From Sedimentisphaerales bacterium (GTDB lineage: Bacteria > Planctomycetota > Phycisphaerae > Sedimentisphaerales > Anaerobacaceae): a stretch of DNA of 64,000 nt. The notes beneath the pieces are model-generated. The model made no database searches, had not been told where the DNA came from, and saw only the letters and a program-made list of their open reading frames with translations. Location: assembly GCA_036744855.1 (NCBI GenBank), contig DAIOHF010000014.1:45287-109286 (forward strand). Direction: 5' to 3'. Shown here one piece after another: positions 44,848 through 53,543 of the stretch. The position numbers were made by a program, and so were the translations under genes. Each line of letters starts with the position of its first letter. The first letter of the stretch is position 1.

Positions 44848-45303
44848 GTGGCTGAGAAACGAAAGAAAACATCCAAGAAGAACGTCGCAGCGGAGCAGAA
44901 TCCGAAATCGCCCCTCAGCGCAAAGGAAATTGCAGCGTTCAAGACGTTGCTCCTGCAAAGACGTCGCGAGATCCATAGGAACGTCCACGAGATCGAGGGC
45001 GAAACGCTCCGAAAATCGAGGCTGGACGCCAGCGGTGATTTGTCGAGCATGCCGATCCACATGGCGGATCTGGGAACCGACAACTTCCAGCAGGAATTCT
45101 CTCTGGGATTGATGGACAGCGAACGACAAATCATCACCGAGATCGACGACGCCTTGCACCGCATCGAGGCCGGAACGTATGGAATCTGCGAAGGCACAGG
45201 CAAGCCGATCGCCAAAGCCAGGCTCGAAGCGCAGCCCTGGGCCCGGTATTCCGTGGAGTACGCCCGAATGATGGAACAGGGGCACATCCGGCAGATGGAC
45301 TAG
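44848..45303 (+). CDS. DksA/TraR-family regulator lacking the C4 zinc finger
   Basis: Coiled-coil region plus C-terminal GTYGICEGTGKPIAKARLEAQPWARYSVEY. This aligns to CxxC-17-CxxC, but only one Cys is retained. Confidence 0.7.
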   Translation: MAEKRKKTSKKNVAAEQNPKSPLSAKEIAAFKTLLLQRRREIHRNVHEIEGETLRKSRLDASGDLSSMPIHMADLGTDNFQQEFSLGLMDSERQIITEIDDALHRIEAGTYGICEGTGKPIAKARLEAQPWARYSVEYARMMEQGHIRQMD

Positions 45304-45340
45304 GCGACAGAGGATCTCGACGCATGAGGAAGGGATTGGC

Positions 45341-45607
45341 ATGACGGACCGAGACCGAATGAGGAACGATCATTTGGAATCGACCCGGCAATTCGTGTGC
45401 CCGAAATGCAGCCGTCCGGTGGCGATGCGTCAGGAAGGCTTCGGAGGCCTTCCCCGCTTCTTCCCGTTCTGTTCCGAGCGGTGCAAGCTGATCGATCTGG
45501 GCGCGTGGTTCGACGCCGACTATCGCATTGCCTCCAAACCGGATGAAGATGGCGAAGAATCCGCCGGCGAGATCCCCTCCGTCGGCCGCGAGAACACCCC
45601 CGAATAG
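45341..45607 (+). CDS. yacG: DNA gyrase inhibitor YacG (zinc finger)
   Basis: CPKCSRPV...FPFCSERCKLIDLGAW matches the YacG CxxC...FCSxRCxxIDLGxW pattern. Confidence 0.8.
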   Translation: MTDRDRMRNDHLESTRQFVCPKCSRPVAMRQEGFGGLPRFFPFCSERCKLIDLGAWFDADYRIASKPDEDGEESAGEIPSVGRENTPE

Positions 45608-45715
45608 CGGCGTCTTCTTGTGGACACCGCGGCCCCCACGCAGTACCATACCCGCGATTCATTCGATCGTTCCGTATTGCCGCGATGCGGTGACTTGGTC
45701 TTGAAAGGAGGCATC

Positions 45716-47041
45716 ATGGCCAGCGCAGGAGAACCCCGGTCGCCCCTGACGAGCTTTCTCTTTCCCCACATCTTCCAGTCTTTCCGCATGGCGATTCAAC
45801 CCTCCCGTCTGACCCTGGCATTCGCCGCCCTGACCGTCATCTGCCTGACCGGATGGCTGATGGACCTGAACCGCACGGTGGTCGTCTCGGCCCAGAGCCA
45901 GGTGGCGCTCCCCGGAGGAATTTCGGGACGATGGCCTCAAGGCGGGATCTCCGAACTCCAAGCCTACCTGTGTTCCCCGGCGCAGTGCGAAAGCCTCATC
46001 GATTCCCCTTCCTCCTCGCACACCAAGACCGGCGTATTCAGCGCACTGGCCGGCTTCGCGGACGCGGAGCTCCAGACCGTGACGGCCGCCCTGCTGTCTC
46101 TGGACATCCGTCAGTTCGTCACCGGTCTCATCCACAGCATCCAGCGGTCCGCGAAGGCGGTGATCTGGGCTTTCACGTACCATACGCTCTACAGCCTGGT
46201 CTTCTTCGCGGTCGCTCTGGTCGTCCTGTCCGCGGCCGGAGGGGCGATCTGTCGACTCAGCGCCCTGCAATTCGCGCGCGGGACTCATCAAGGTCTCACG
46301 AAGGCGTGCCGCTTCAGCAGGCGAAAACTGGCGAGCCTCGTCGCCGCGCCGATCGGCCCGTTGGTCATTGCGTTTCTTCTGGGTCTGCCGATCATCCTGC
46401 TGGGCGTCGTCGGGAACATCCCCGTCGCAGGGGAGCTTCTCGCGGGCCTGCTTCTGCCCTTGGCATTCGTGCTGGCCCCTTTTATCGCGGTGGTCCTCAT
46501 CGGAGAGGCTGCCGGGCTGGGTCTGATGTTCCCTGCCGTCGCCTATGAAGACTCGGACTTCTTCGACGCGGTCGGCCGGTCGTTCAGCAGCGTCTACGCC
46601 AAACCCTGGAGGCTGGGTTTCTACACGCTCCTGGCCACGGTTTATGGGGCTCTCTGCCATCTGTTCGTCCGTCTCTTCGCCTGGGTCCTGCTCTGGGTCA
46701 CAAGGTGGTTCCTCCAGTTGGGCCTCAGCGACGCGAAATCCCTGACGCTCTGGCCGACGCAGGACGCCGCCGGCCTCGAAAGGATGGCCACGGCGCCGGA
46801 CACCTGGTCCCTGTGCATCGGAGCGTTTCTCGTGCGACTCTGGACCCTGGGGATCGCCGGACTGACCGTGGCGTTCCTCATCAGCTTCTATTTCACCGCC
46901 AATACGATCATCTACGCCCTCATGCGCCGCCACGTCGATGGGACCGAGCTCGAAGAGGTGTACGAGACCCGCGAAGAGGGCGCGGGCCATCCCAGTATGA
47001 CGGCCGCCGATCCCGAACCGACGGACACAACGTCCGAATAA
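45716..47041 (+). CDS. Hypothetical multi-pass membrane protein
   Basis: AAAGGAGG RBS before the ATG at 45716. About 8 hydrophobic segments. No recognised family. Confidence 0.5.
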   Translation: MASAGEPRSPLTSFLFPHIFQSFRMAIQPSRLTLAFAALTVICLTGWLMDLNRTVVVSAQSQVALPGGISGRWPQGGISELQAYLCSPAQCESLIDSPSSSHTKTGVFSALAGFADAELQTVTAALLSLDIRQFVTGLIHSIQRSAKAVIWAFTYHTLYSLVFFAVALVVLSAAGGAICRLSALQFARGTHQGLTKACRFSRRKLASLVAAPIGPLVIAFLLGLPIILLGVVGNIPVAGELLAGLLLPLAFVLAPFIAVVLIGEAAGLGLMFPAVAYEDSDFFDAVGRSFSSVYAKPWRLGFYTLLATVYGALCHLFVRLFAWVLLWVTRWFLQLGLSDAKSLTLWPTQDAAGLERMATAPDTWSLCIGAFLVRLWTLGIAGLTVAFLISFYFTANTIIYALMRRHVDGTELEEVYETREEGAGHPSMTAADPEPTDTTSE

Positions 47042-47159
47042 CCGCATCTCGTTCGGCTGCAAGTGAACTCCCCCTGAACCTGTGCCGATGATAGGGACGG
47101 ACCCGTGTGAGGGTCTGCTTTGCCATAGGACCCGAAACAGCCGTTGACGCGAAAAACAG

Positions 47160-49154
47160 GTGCGATGCCGGGGGAATATGCCTGATCCACATACCAACAC
47201 CGACGCCAGGCCCGGCGAAGGCGGGCGTCCGCGGTTGCCCGTCTCCCAGGCCGGCTTCCTGTTGACTTTCCGCAAACCGCTGATCGTCCTGGCCCACATC
47301 CTGGCATTCGCGGCTTCGCTGATGTTCTCGTTCCTGGTCGCCAACAACATGCAGTTCCGCCAGGAATGGTTCGTCAGGCAGTATCCGTTCCTCCTGCTGC
47401 TCGTGCTGATGATCAAACTCCCGGTCTTCGGGTTCTTCAAGCAGTATCGCGGGTGGTGGCGGTACGTGAGCATCGCGGATCTTCTGGGCATCCTGAGGGC
47501 CTCGCTGGTCAGCACGCTGATCCTTGTGACCCTGTGGTTCATCGTGATCCTCCAGATCTCCGCGATCCGGCGGGCCCTGCCCTCGGGGATCGCAGCGATC
47601 AGCCAGGGCGTGTTCATGGCCGACCTGTTCGGCACGATCCTCCTGCAGGCCGGACTGCGGATGATCACCCGCCTGTACCACGAGGAATTCCGCACGACGC
47701 AGACCCATCGGCTGACGCGTTTCCTGATCGTCGGCGCGGGCAACGCCGGAGAAGCCCTCCTTCGCGAGATCCACAGAATGCGGGTCGGTCGGTACGAAAC
47801 CATCGGCTTTATCGACGACGATCCCATCAAACAGGGCACCAGCATCCATGGAATCCCCGTCCTGGGACCCGTCGCGGAACTGCCCAGGATCTGCAAGGAA
47901 CACAACATCGAAGAGATCGCCATCGCCATCCCCTCGGCCACCCGCCAGCAGCTTCGCCGGGTCATCCAGGTCTGCGAAGGCACTCAGATCCGGTTCCGAA
48001 CCGTTCCCTCCATCACCGACATCGCCTCCGGCCGGCTTCGGGTTTCCGAGATCCGCGACGTGGACATCAACGACCTGCTCGGCCGGGAAGTCGTGCAGCT
48101 CGACCTCGATCGGATCGAAGCGTTCGCTCGGAATCGAGTGATTCTGGTCACCGGCGCCGGCGGCTCCATTGGCTCGGAGATGTGCCGGCAGATCTGCCGC
48201 TATGGTCCGCGGATGCTGCTGCTCGTTGAACACGCGGAAAACCCTCTGTTCTATGTGGAACGGGATCTGCGGCGACGATTTCCGGACGTACAGACGACGC
48301 CCCTGATCTGCGACATCACGGACCGGGCCCGAGTCGAGGCGGTCTTCGCGGAACACAAACCCCAGGTGGTCATCCACGCCGCGGCGCACAAACATGTGCC
48401 GCTGATGGAGCTCAATCCGAGCGAGGCCGTCAAGAACAACGTGCTGGGCACGCAGACCGTCGCCGACGCAGCCGACCGCCACCGAGCCACGCGTTTCGTC
48501 ATGATCAGCACGGACAAGGCGGTCAACCCAACCAGCATCATGGGCTCGTCCAAGCGGGTCGCGGAGATGTACATCCAGGACCTGGCCAAGACCAGCAGCA
48601 CGCAGTTCATCACCGTCCGGTTCGGAAACGTTCTGGGCTCCGAGGGCTCGGTCGTGCCGATCTTCAAGAGGCAGATCGCCGAGGGCGGACCCGTCACGGT
48701 GACGCATCCGGACATGAAACGCTACTTCATGACCATCCCGGAGGCCAGCCAACTCGTGCTCCAGGCGGCCGGCATGGGCCAGGGCGGCGAGATCTTCGTC
48801 CTGGACATGGGCGAGCCGGTAAAGATCGTGGATCTGGCCAAGGAACTCATCACCCTCAGCGGTTTCCGGCCCGGCGAGGACATCGAAATCGTGTTCACAG
48901 GCCCCCGTCCCGGCGAGAAACTCTTCGAAGAGCTCCGCATCGAGGGCGAAGACATGCAGCGGACCTGCCATCCCAAGATCAGCATCTGGAAGAACATCCC
49001 GATGGACCGTGCGGCTCTGCGGGCGGGGATCGAAGATCTCATTGAACTGGCCTACCTGCCCGACCGGGATCCCACTGCGATCGCCGCCAGAATCAAGGAC
49101 CTCGTACCTGAGTACACAACCGCGGCATCGGTCCCGTCTGCGGTCTCCCGCTAA
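47160..49154 (+). CDS. Polysaccharide biosynthesis protein CapD/WbpM/PglF-type NDP-sugar 4,6-dehydratase
   Basis: 4 N-terminal TM helices. Two Rossmann motifs (LIVGAGNAGE, LVTGAGGSIGSE). YGxSKR-like MGSSKRVAE. The alternative start is at 47178. Confidence 0.85.
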   Translation: MRCRGNMPDPHTNTDARPGEGGRPRLPVSQAGFLLTFRKPLIVLAHILAFAASLMFSFLVANNMQFRQEWFVRQYPFLLLLVLMIKLPVFGFFKQYRGWWRYVSIADLLGILRASLVSTLILVTLWFIVILQISAIRRALPSGIAAISQGVFMADLFGTILLQAGLRMITRLYHEEFRTTQTHRLTRFLIVGAGNAGEALLREIHRMRVGRYETIGFIDDDPIKQGTSIHGIPVLGPVAELPRICKEHNIEEIAIAIPSATRQQLRRVIQVCEGTQIRFRTVPSITDIASGRLRVSEIRDVDINDLLGREVVQLDLDRIEAFARNRVILVTGAGGSIGSEMCRQICRYGPRMLLLVEHAENPLFYVERDLRRRFPDVQTTPLICDITDRARVEAVFAEHKPQVVIHAAAHKHVPLMELNPSEAVKNNVLGTQTVADAADRHRATRFVMISTDKAVNPTSIMGSSKRVAEMYIQDLAKTSSTQFITVRFGNVLGSEGSVVPIFKRQIAEGGPVTVTHPDMKRYFMTIPEASQLVLQAAGMGQGGEIFVLDMGEPVKIVDLAKELITLSGFRPGEDIEIVFTGPRPGEKLFEELRIEGEDMQRTCHPKISIWKNIPMDRAALRAGIEDLIELAYLPDRDPTAIAARIKDLVPEYTTAASVPSAVSR

Positions 49155-49220
49155 TGTGAGAACGCTTCGCGCCGCTCGTCTGCACATTACTCCGCGAAGA
49201 CCCCCCAGAAAGAGATTTAT

Positions 49221-49417
49221 CCCGGAATTTCCGGGATCATCGCAACCGCCGGAGTGGCACGCCCGGAACGGTCGTGCAAGGGAAGTTTGTCGCGTTGAGG
49301 CCTCCGGCTTGGACGCGAACGAGGCGTTCGCTCGCGGGGCCGAACAGTGCGAAGGGGCGTGCAACGCCCCTCCATGCTGATGGCCCCAAGGCGACACACT
49401 CCCGACGCGAAGCGTCG
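49221..49417. repeat. Cluster of four short perfect hairpins in the convergent capD/xer spacer
   Basis: CCCGGAA-T-TTCCGGG (49221-49235), GCGAACG-AGG-CGTTCGC (49315-49331), GGGGCG-TGCAA-CGCCCC (49354-49370) and CGACGC-GAA-GCGTCG (49403-49417). Confidence 0.6.
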
Positions 49418-49458
49418 GAATCCGTGTCCGCTCGTCCCCCACAGTCCCGTGAAGTGCC

Positions 49459-49484
49459 AAAAAAAAGCCGCTCCTGGGAGCGGC
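49459..49484 (-). terminator. Intrinsic terminator of the recombinase gene
   Basis: On the minus strand: GCCGCTC-CCAG-GAGCGGC followed by TTTTTTTT, about 30 nt after the stop codon at 49513. Confidence 0.75.
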
Positions 49485-49512
49485 TTGAGAAGATCCGACC
49501 TTCGATCACGCC

Positions 49513-50595
49513 TCACGCATGACCGTTGTTTCCGATGGACGTTTCGGGGGCGTAGCTGTCCTGCGTCATGTTCTCGCGAGGATGGGCGTTGTCGTAGACT
49601 TCCTTGAGCTTCTTCGTCGTCAGGTGCGTGTACACCTGGGTCGTCGAGAGCGACTGGTGCCCGAGCAGTTCCTGCACGCTCCGCAGATCCGCGCCGTTGT
49701 TGAGCATATGAGTCGCGAAGCTGTGCCGCAGCGTGTGCGGGCTGATCGCAGGGTCCAGCCCCGCCGTCTTGAGGTACTTGTCCATCTTCCGGCGGACGCT
49801 TCGCGTGCTCAGACGCTGTCCGTGCTTGTTGACGAACAGGACCTTGGAATCGAAGTGGCTGTTGCTCTGTGACCGCCGATTCCGGTATTCCATGTAGTGC
49901 TGGATCGCCTGCAGGGCCGACGAGCTGATCGGCGTGATCCGCTCCTTCTTGCCCTTGCCGCGGATGTGAATGACTTCGCCCAGGAAGTCGATATCGTCCA
50001 TGTTCAGCCCGACCAACTCGCTGACGCGGATGCCAGTACTATAAAGGGTCTCGAGAATGGCCCGGTCCCTGGCGCCCAGCCAGGAGTCGGTCGAGGGGGT
50101 TTCGAGGAGCCGTTTGACCTCTTCGAACTCCAGGAAGCGAGGGAGCTTCTTCTCCTGCTTGGGAGTGCGGATCGCGGTGAGCGGGTTGGAGTCCCGGCGG
50201 CCCGTCTTGACCACGAACTTGTAGAAGCTCCGCAGCGTCGCCAGCTTGCGGGCGATCGTCGCCTTGGAGTAACCCTTCTCGTTCAGATAGGCCAGGTAAG
50301 TCCTCGCCTCGTCCACGTCCACGGCCAGCAGTCGCTGGTCCACTTCCTGCTCAGTCTGCGTGGCGACCGCGGTGGCGACGCCGCCCTCGTGGTGCCCCAG
50401 GGGAGCCAGATCCGAAGAGGAGCCATCCGATGGGGTGTTCAGCAGGAACTCGGAGAACTGCGACAGGTCGGCGCCGTAGCACTTTGCCGTGTGTTCCGAG
50501 AACCGCTTCTCGAACTTGAGATAATGCAGGAATTGTTCAACGATCGCGCTGCTTTCGTCCATAGTCCACCTGTTTATCTGATCCATCGGCATCAT
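49513..50595 (-). CDS. xerC: Tyrosine site-specific recombinase, XerC/XerD family
   Basis: ARDRAILETLYSTGIRVSELVGL, HTLRHSFATHML and LLGHQSLSTTQVYTHL motifs. I cannot distinguish XerC from XerD by eye. Confidence 0.85.
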   Translation of the reverse strand: MMPMDQINRWTMDESSAIVEQFLHYLKFEKRFSEHTAKCYGADLSQFSEFLLNTPSDGSSSDLAPLGHHEGGVATAVATQTEQEVDQRLLAVDVDEARTYLAYLNEKGYSKATIARKLATLRSFYKFVVKTGRRDSNPLTAIRTPKQEKKLPRFLEFEEVKRLLETPSTDSWLGARDRAILETLYSTGIRVSELVGLNMDDIDFLGEVIHIRGKGKKERITPISSSALQAIQHYMEYRNRRSQSNSHFDSKVLFVNKHGQRLSTRSVRRKMDKYLKTAGLDPAISPHTLRHSFATHMLNNGADLRSVQELLGHQSLSTTQVYTHLTTKKLKEVYDNAHPRENMTQDSYAPETSIGNNGHA

Positions 50596-50697
50596 CGACC
50601 ACCTTTATCCTTGACGACCTATGTTTCGTGCTTGACGGTTCGCGACCGACAACTCCGAGTCAACCGCACAGCGATCGCGAATCGCAAAGATCCCCTG

Positions 50698-50934
50698 TCA
50701 GGACGCCGCATGGACGTCCGAACCATCCTGAAGAAGTTGTTCGGCGCAGCCGATCAGGGACTGCGTCAGCTTGAAACTGAGCACAGCCGCATCGAACCAG
50801 TCGAAATCCGTTCGCTTGTCTTTCACTTGGTCGATCAAAGCGTCGAGAAGCTCGTCCTCCCGCCCTTGTTCGTAGCGGAAGATATACTTCTCCGACCCCT
50901 TGTTGAGCACAAGTTGTCTCTGCGGTCTTTTCAT
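50698..50934 (-). CDS. Hypothetical small protein
   Basis: 78-aa ORF from the ATG at 50934 (MKRPQRQLVLNKGSEKYIFRYEQG...). No recognised family. Confidence 0.35.
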   Translation of the reverse strand: MKRPQRQLVLNKGSEKYIFRYEQGREDELLDALIDQVKDKRTDFDWFDAAVLSFKLTQSLIGCAEQLLQDGSDVHAAS

Positions 50935-51177
50935 TGAGTACGCCTTACGAGTGACGTTCACCGCCGTTTGCCTCGCTGCCGAGGCCTTCGTGCGGCTCCT
51001 ATAACGTCGCAAGGCTTCGTCCATCCACATGCCGATTGGCCTCAGCGAAACGTTACAACGCTTTTATCGGCCAATGGAACGTCCGGCTTTACAAAAAGTG
51101 GACGTACACACAACCCATTTATGCGGTCCTGGAGAAGGAATTCTCGCGGAAGGCCTGAAAGGGCCGGACCGGGCGGA

Positions 51178-52131
51178 CTATCCGGCGTCCGGGCGAACGT
51201 GAAAATAGGCAACCTCTCCTCGCGACTCGGAAATGACGACTCCCGCCTCTTTCAGCCGGGCGATGTGCTTGACGGCCTCGTTTTGGGTGATCCCCAAACC
51301 CGCGCAGATATCCTCGATCGTGCAGGGCCTGCGTTTCAGGACCGAGACGATGTCCGCCTCAGCGCGGACCTCGTGACGGCCGCTCGGACCGGCCGGGGCT
51401 TCTCCGACCACCTCGCAGGTCCCTCCGATCTGCTGAGCAATTCGATCGAGGACCTCCCGCGGCACGGCCACGACGTCCGCCTCAGCCGGCGGGCGAACCG
51501 CGGTGTTCAGATGGACCTTGTCGGGACCGATCCGTTCGATCAGGCCCTTGATCAGATCGATCTGCCTGGCGTCCGTGTTCACCCCTGCGATCAGGAAGAC
51601 CTCGAGCCAGATCTGCCCGGAGTATTCCCTGCGAAACTGCTCCAGCCCCCAGACCAGCTTCTCGATGGTGATATCGCGATTCGGACGGTTCACAGCCTCG
51701 AACGTGGCCGCGTCCCCCGCGTCCAGGGACGGGGCCACCATGTCGGCCTTGGCGCATTCGCGCCGGACATCCTCCCGGTAGAACAACGTCCCGTTGGTCA
51801 GGACCGCCACCGGTATGTCCGTGAGACGGTGGATACCGTCGATCATGTCTCCGAGGCGAGAGTTCAAGGTAGGTTCGCCCGAACCACCCAATGTGATGAA
51901 GTCCGCCTTCAGGCCTGCGTCGAGTTTGCCTTGGATCTCCGCCAGGACCGCTTCGATATCGACGAAGTCCTCCCTCGCGACGCTGCTCCTGGTCGTGCGT
52001 CCGATCTGGCAGTAGACGCAATCGAGCGTGCAGATCTTCGGCGGGACGATGTCCACGCCCAGACTCATGCCCAGTCGGCGCGACGGCACGGGGCCGTAAG
52101 TGAACCAAGTCTGCTGTTTCTTCTCAACCAT
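51178..52131 (-). CDS. Radical SAM protein (COG0731-like) with C-terminal winged-helix domain
   Basis: YGPVPSRRLGMSLGVDIVP...CTLDCVYCQ (Cx3Cx2C) and GGSGEPTL motifs. C-terminal HTH-like TIEDICAGLGITQNEAVKHIARLKEAGVV. Confidence 0.8.
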   Translation of the reverse strand: MVEKKQQTWFTYGPVPSRRLGMSLGVDIVPPKICTLDCVYCQIGRTTRSSVAREDFVDIEAVLAEIQGKLDAGLKADFITLGGSGEPTLNSRLGDMIDGIHRLTDIPVAVLTNGTLFYREDVRRECAKADMVAPSLDAGDAATFEAVNRPNRDITIEKLVWGLEQFRREYSGQIWLEVFLIAGVNTDARQIDLIKGLIERIGPDKVHLNTAVRPPAEADVVAVPREVLDRIAQQIGGTCEVVGEAPAGPSGRHEVRAEADIVSVLKRRPCTIEDICAGLGITQNEAVKHIARLKEAGVVISESRGEVAYFHVRPDAG

Positions 52132-52996
52132 GGACGATCTCGAAAATGCCCCTGCAATCCTGCACCAACCCCTCCAGCCAATCCAGCGGCAACATGGTCG
52201 CAGCGTCGGAGAGCCCCTTCTCGGGCTCCGGATGAACCTCGAGGAACAGGCCGTTGACGCCCGCCGCGACCGCGGCCCTGGCCAATAGAGGCGCCATTTC
52301 CCGCTTGCCCCCGCTGGCGGAACCCAGCCCGCCGGGCTGCTGCGTGCTGTGCGTGGCGTCGAACACCACCGGGCACCCGAACCCCTGCATGATCGGGATG
52401 CCGGTCATGTCGTTGACCAGGCGGTTGTACCCGAAGAAGGTCCCCCGCTCGGTGAGAATCACCTTGTCGTTCTTGCAGGACCGGATCTTGTCGGCGACGT
52501 TGCCCATCTCGCCGGGGGAAACGAACTGCCCTTTCTTGACGCTGATCGGTTTTCCGGTCTCGGCGCAGGCGACGAGCAGATCGGTCTGGCGGCACAGGAA
52601 CGCCGGGATCTGGAGGCAATCGACGGTCGCGCCCGCCTCGGCCGCCTGGGCGGGTTCGTGAATATCCGTCATGACCGGCAACCCGGTCTCGGCTCGCACC
52701 CTGGCCAGGATCTTCATGCCCTCGGTCAGACCCGGTCCGCGAAAGCTCGAATAGCTGCTGCGGTTAGCCTTGTCGAAGCTGGCCTTGAAGATCATCGGAA
52801 CGCCCGTCCGCTCGGAGACCTGAACCAGCCGCCTGGCGATTTCGAGACACAGCTTCTCGCTCTCGATCACGCACGGCCCGGCCATCACGAACAGCGGAGC
52901 GTCGAGTCCCGCCACCACGTTGCCGATCTGGAAACTGGTCCCTGTCGTCACTCCTGCCCCTTCTTCGTCAAACTTCCGATCACAGATAGATCTCAC
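52124..52996 (-). CDS. kdsA: 3-deoxy-8-phosphooctulonate (KDO-8-P) synthase
   Basis: AGPCVIES, FKASFDKANRSS, TDIHE, LQIPAFLCRQTDL and VFDATHS motifs. The true start may be an internal GTG. Confidence 0.9.
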   Translation of the reverse strand: MRSICDRKFDEEGAGVTTGTSFQIGNVVAGLDAPLFVMAGPCVIESEKLCLEIARRLVQVSERTGVPMIFKASFDKANRSSYSSFRGPGLTEGMKILARVRAETGLPVMTDIHEPAQAAEAGATVDCLQIPAFLCRQTDLLVACAETGKPISVKKGQFVSPGEMGNVADKIRSCKNDKVILTERGTFFGYNRLVNDMTGIPIMQGFGCPVVFDATHSTQQPGGLGSASGGKREMAPLLARAAVAAGVNGLFLEVHPEPEKGLSDAATMLPLDWLEGLVQDCRGIFEIVHG

Positions 52997-53537
52997 GTTC
53001 CTTGATCGCCAATTGGGTCAGCCGCTCGCCGATCATGCAGGCGTAACTGGCCATGATGTGTTGCGAGCCCGACAGACCCAACGACGACTGCACCTCTGCT
53101 ATCGTGCCGGAGTCCGGCCCCTCGATCTCCACGAACACGCCGAGCAGCGGAAGCTCGTCGAGCGCCACTTCGCAGCCCTGCAACTGCCACAGACGTCGCC
53201 TCTTGTTGAACGCCAGAGCCTTGACGTACCCCAGCATCGCCAGGAGTTGCTCCATCGTCTCGGCGTCGCTCACCTCGGTCTCGAGTTCGACGCGCCGCTT
53301 ATAGTCGTCCTGCTCCTTCGGGCCCTTGTACGCCAGGATGAACCGCTCCCGGCCGCCTTTGCTGTCGGACCGCAGACGCAGCGCCTTGTCGGTTCGCGTC
53401 AGGTCCCGGCCGACGGTGTCGTAGTAGCGGTCCGTCTGGATCGTCTCGCGAAGAAACGTCGCCCCGCAACGGACGAGGCTCTGCTCGACCGCCTCCAGCG
53501 AATCCACCTTCAGCTTGGCTTCAATCTCAGAACGCAT
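52980..53537 (-). CDS. CYTH-domain protein (class IV adenylate cyclase / triphosphate tunnel metalloenzyme)
   Basis: MRSEIEAKLKV N-terminal ExExK motif. About 185 aa, with a TDRYYD...LRLR...YKGP...R.E.E pattern. Confidence 0.8.
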   Translation of the reverse strand: MRSEIEAKLKVDSLEAVEQSLVRCGATFLRETIQTDRYYDTVGRDLTRTDKALRLRSDSKGGRERFILAYKGPKEQDDYKRRVELETEVSDAETMEQLLAMLGYVKALAFNKRRRLWQLQGCEVALDELPLLGVFVEIEGPDSGTIAEVQSSLGLSGSQHIMASYACMIGERLTQLAIKEREIYL

Positions 53538-53543
53538 GAATCG

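Noticed and set aside
49160-49458. The 300-bp gene-free, hairpin-rich spacer could encode a known ncRNA (tmRNA, RNase P, SRP or 6S).
   Set aside because: I found none of the expected hallmarks: a GGGGCTGA 5' end with a tag ORF for tmRNA, GAGGAAAGTCC for RNase P, or the conserved GGAA/AGCA domain IV loop for SRP. The region is better explained as separate REP-like hairpins plus a terminator.
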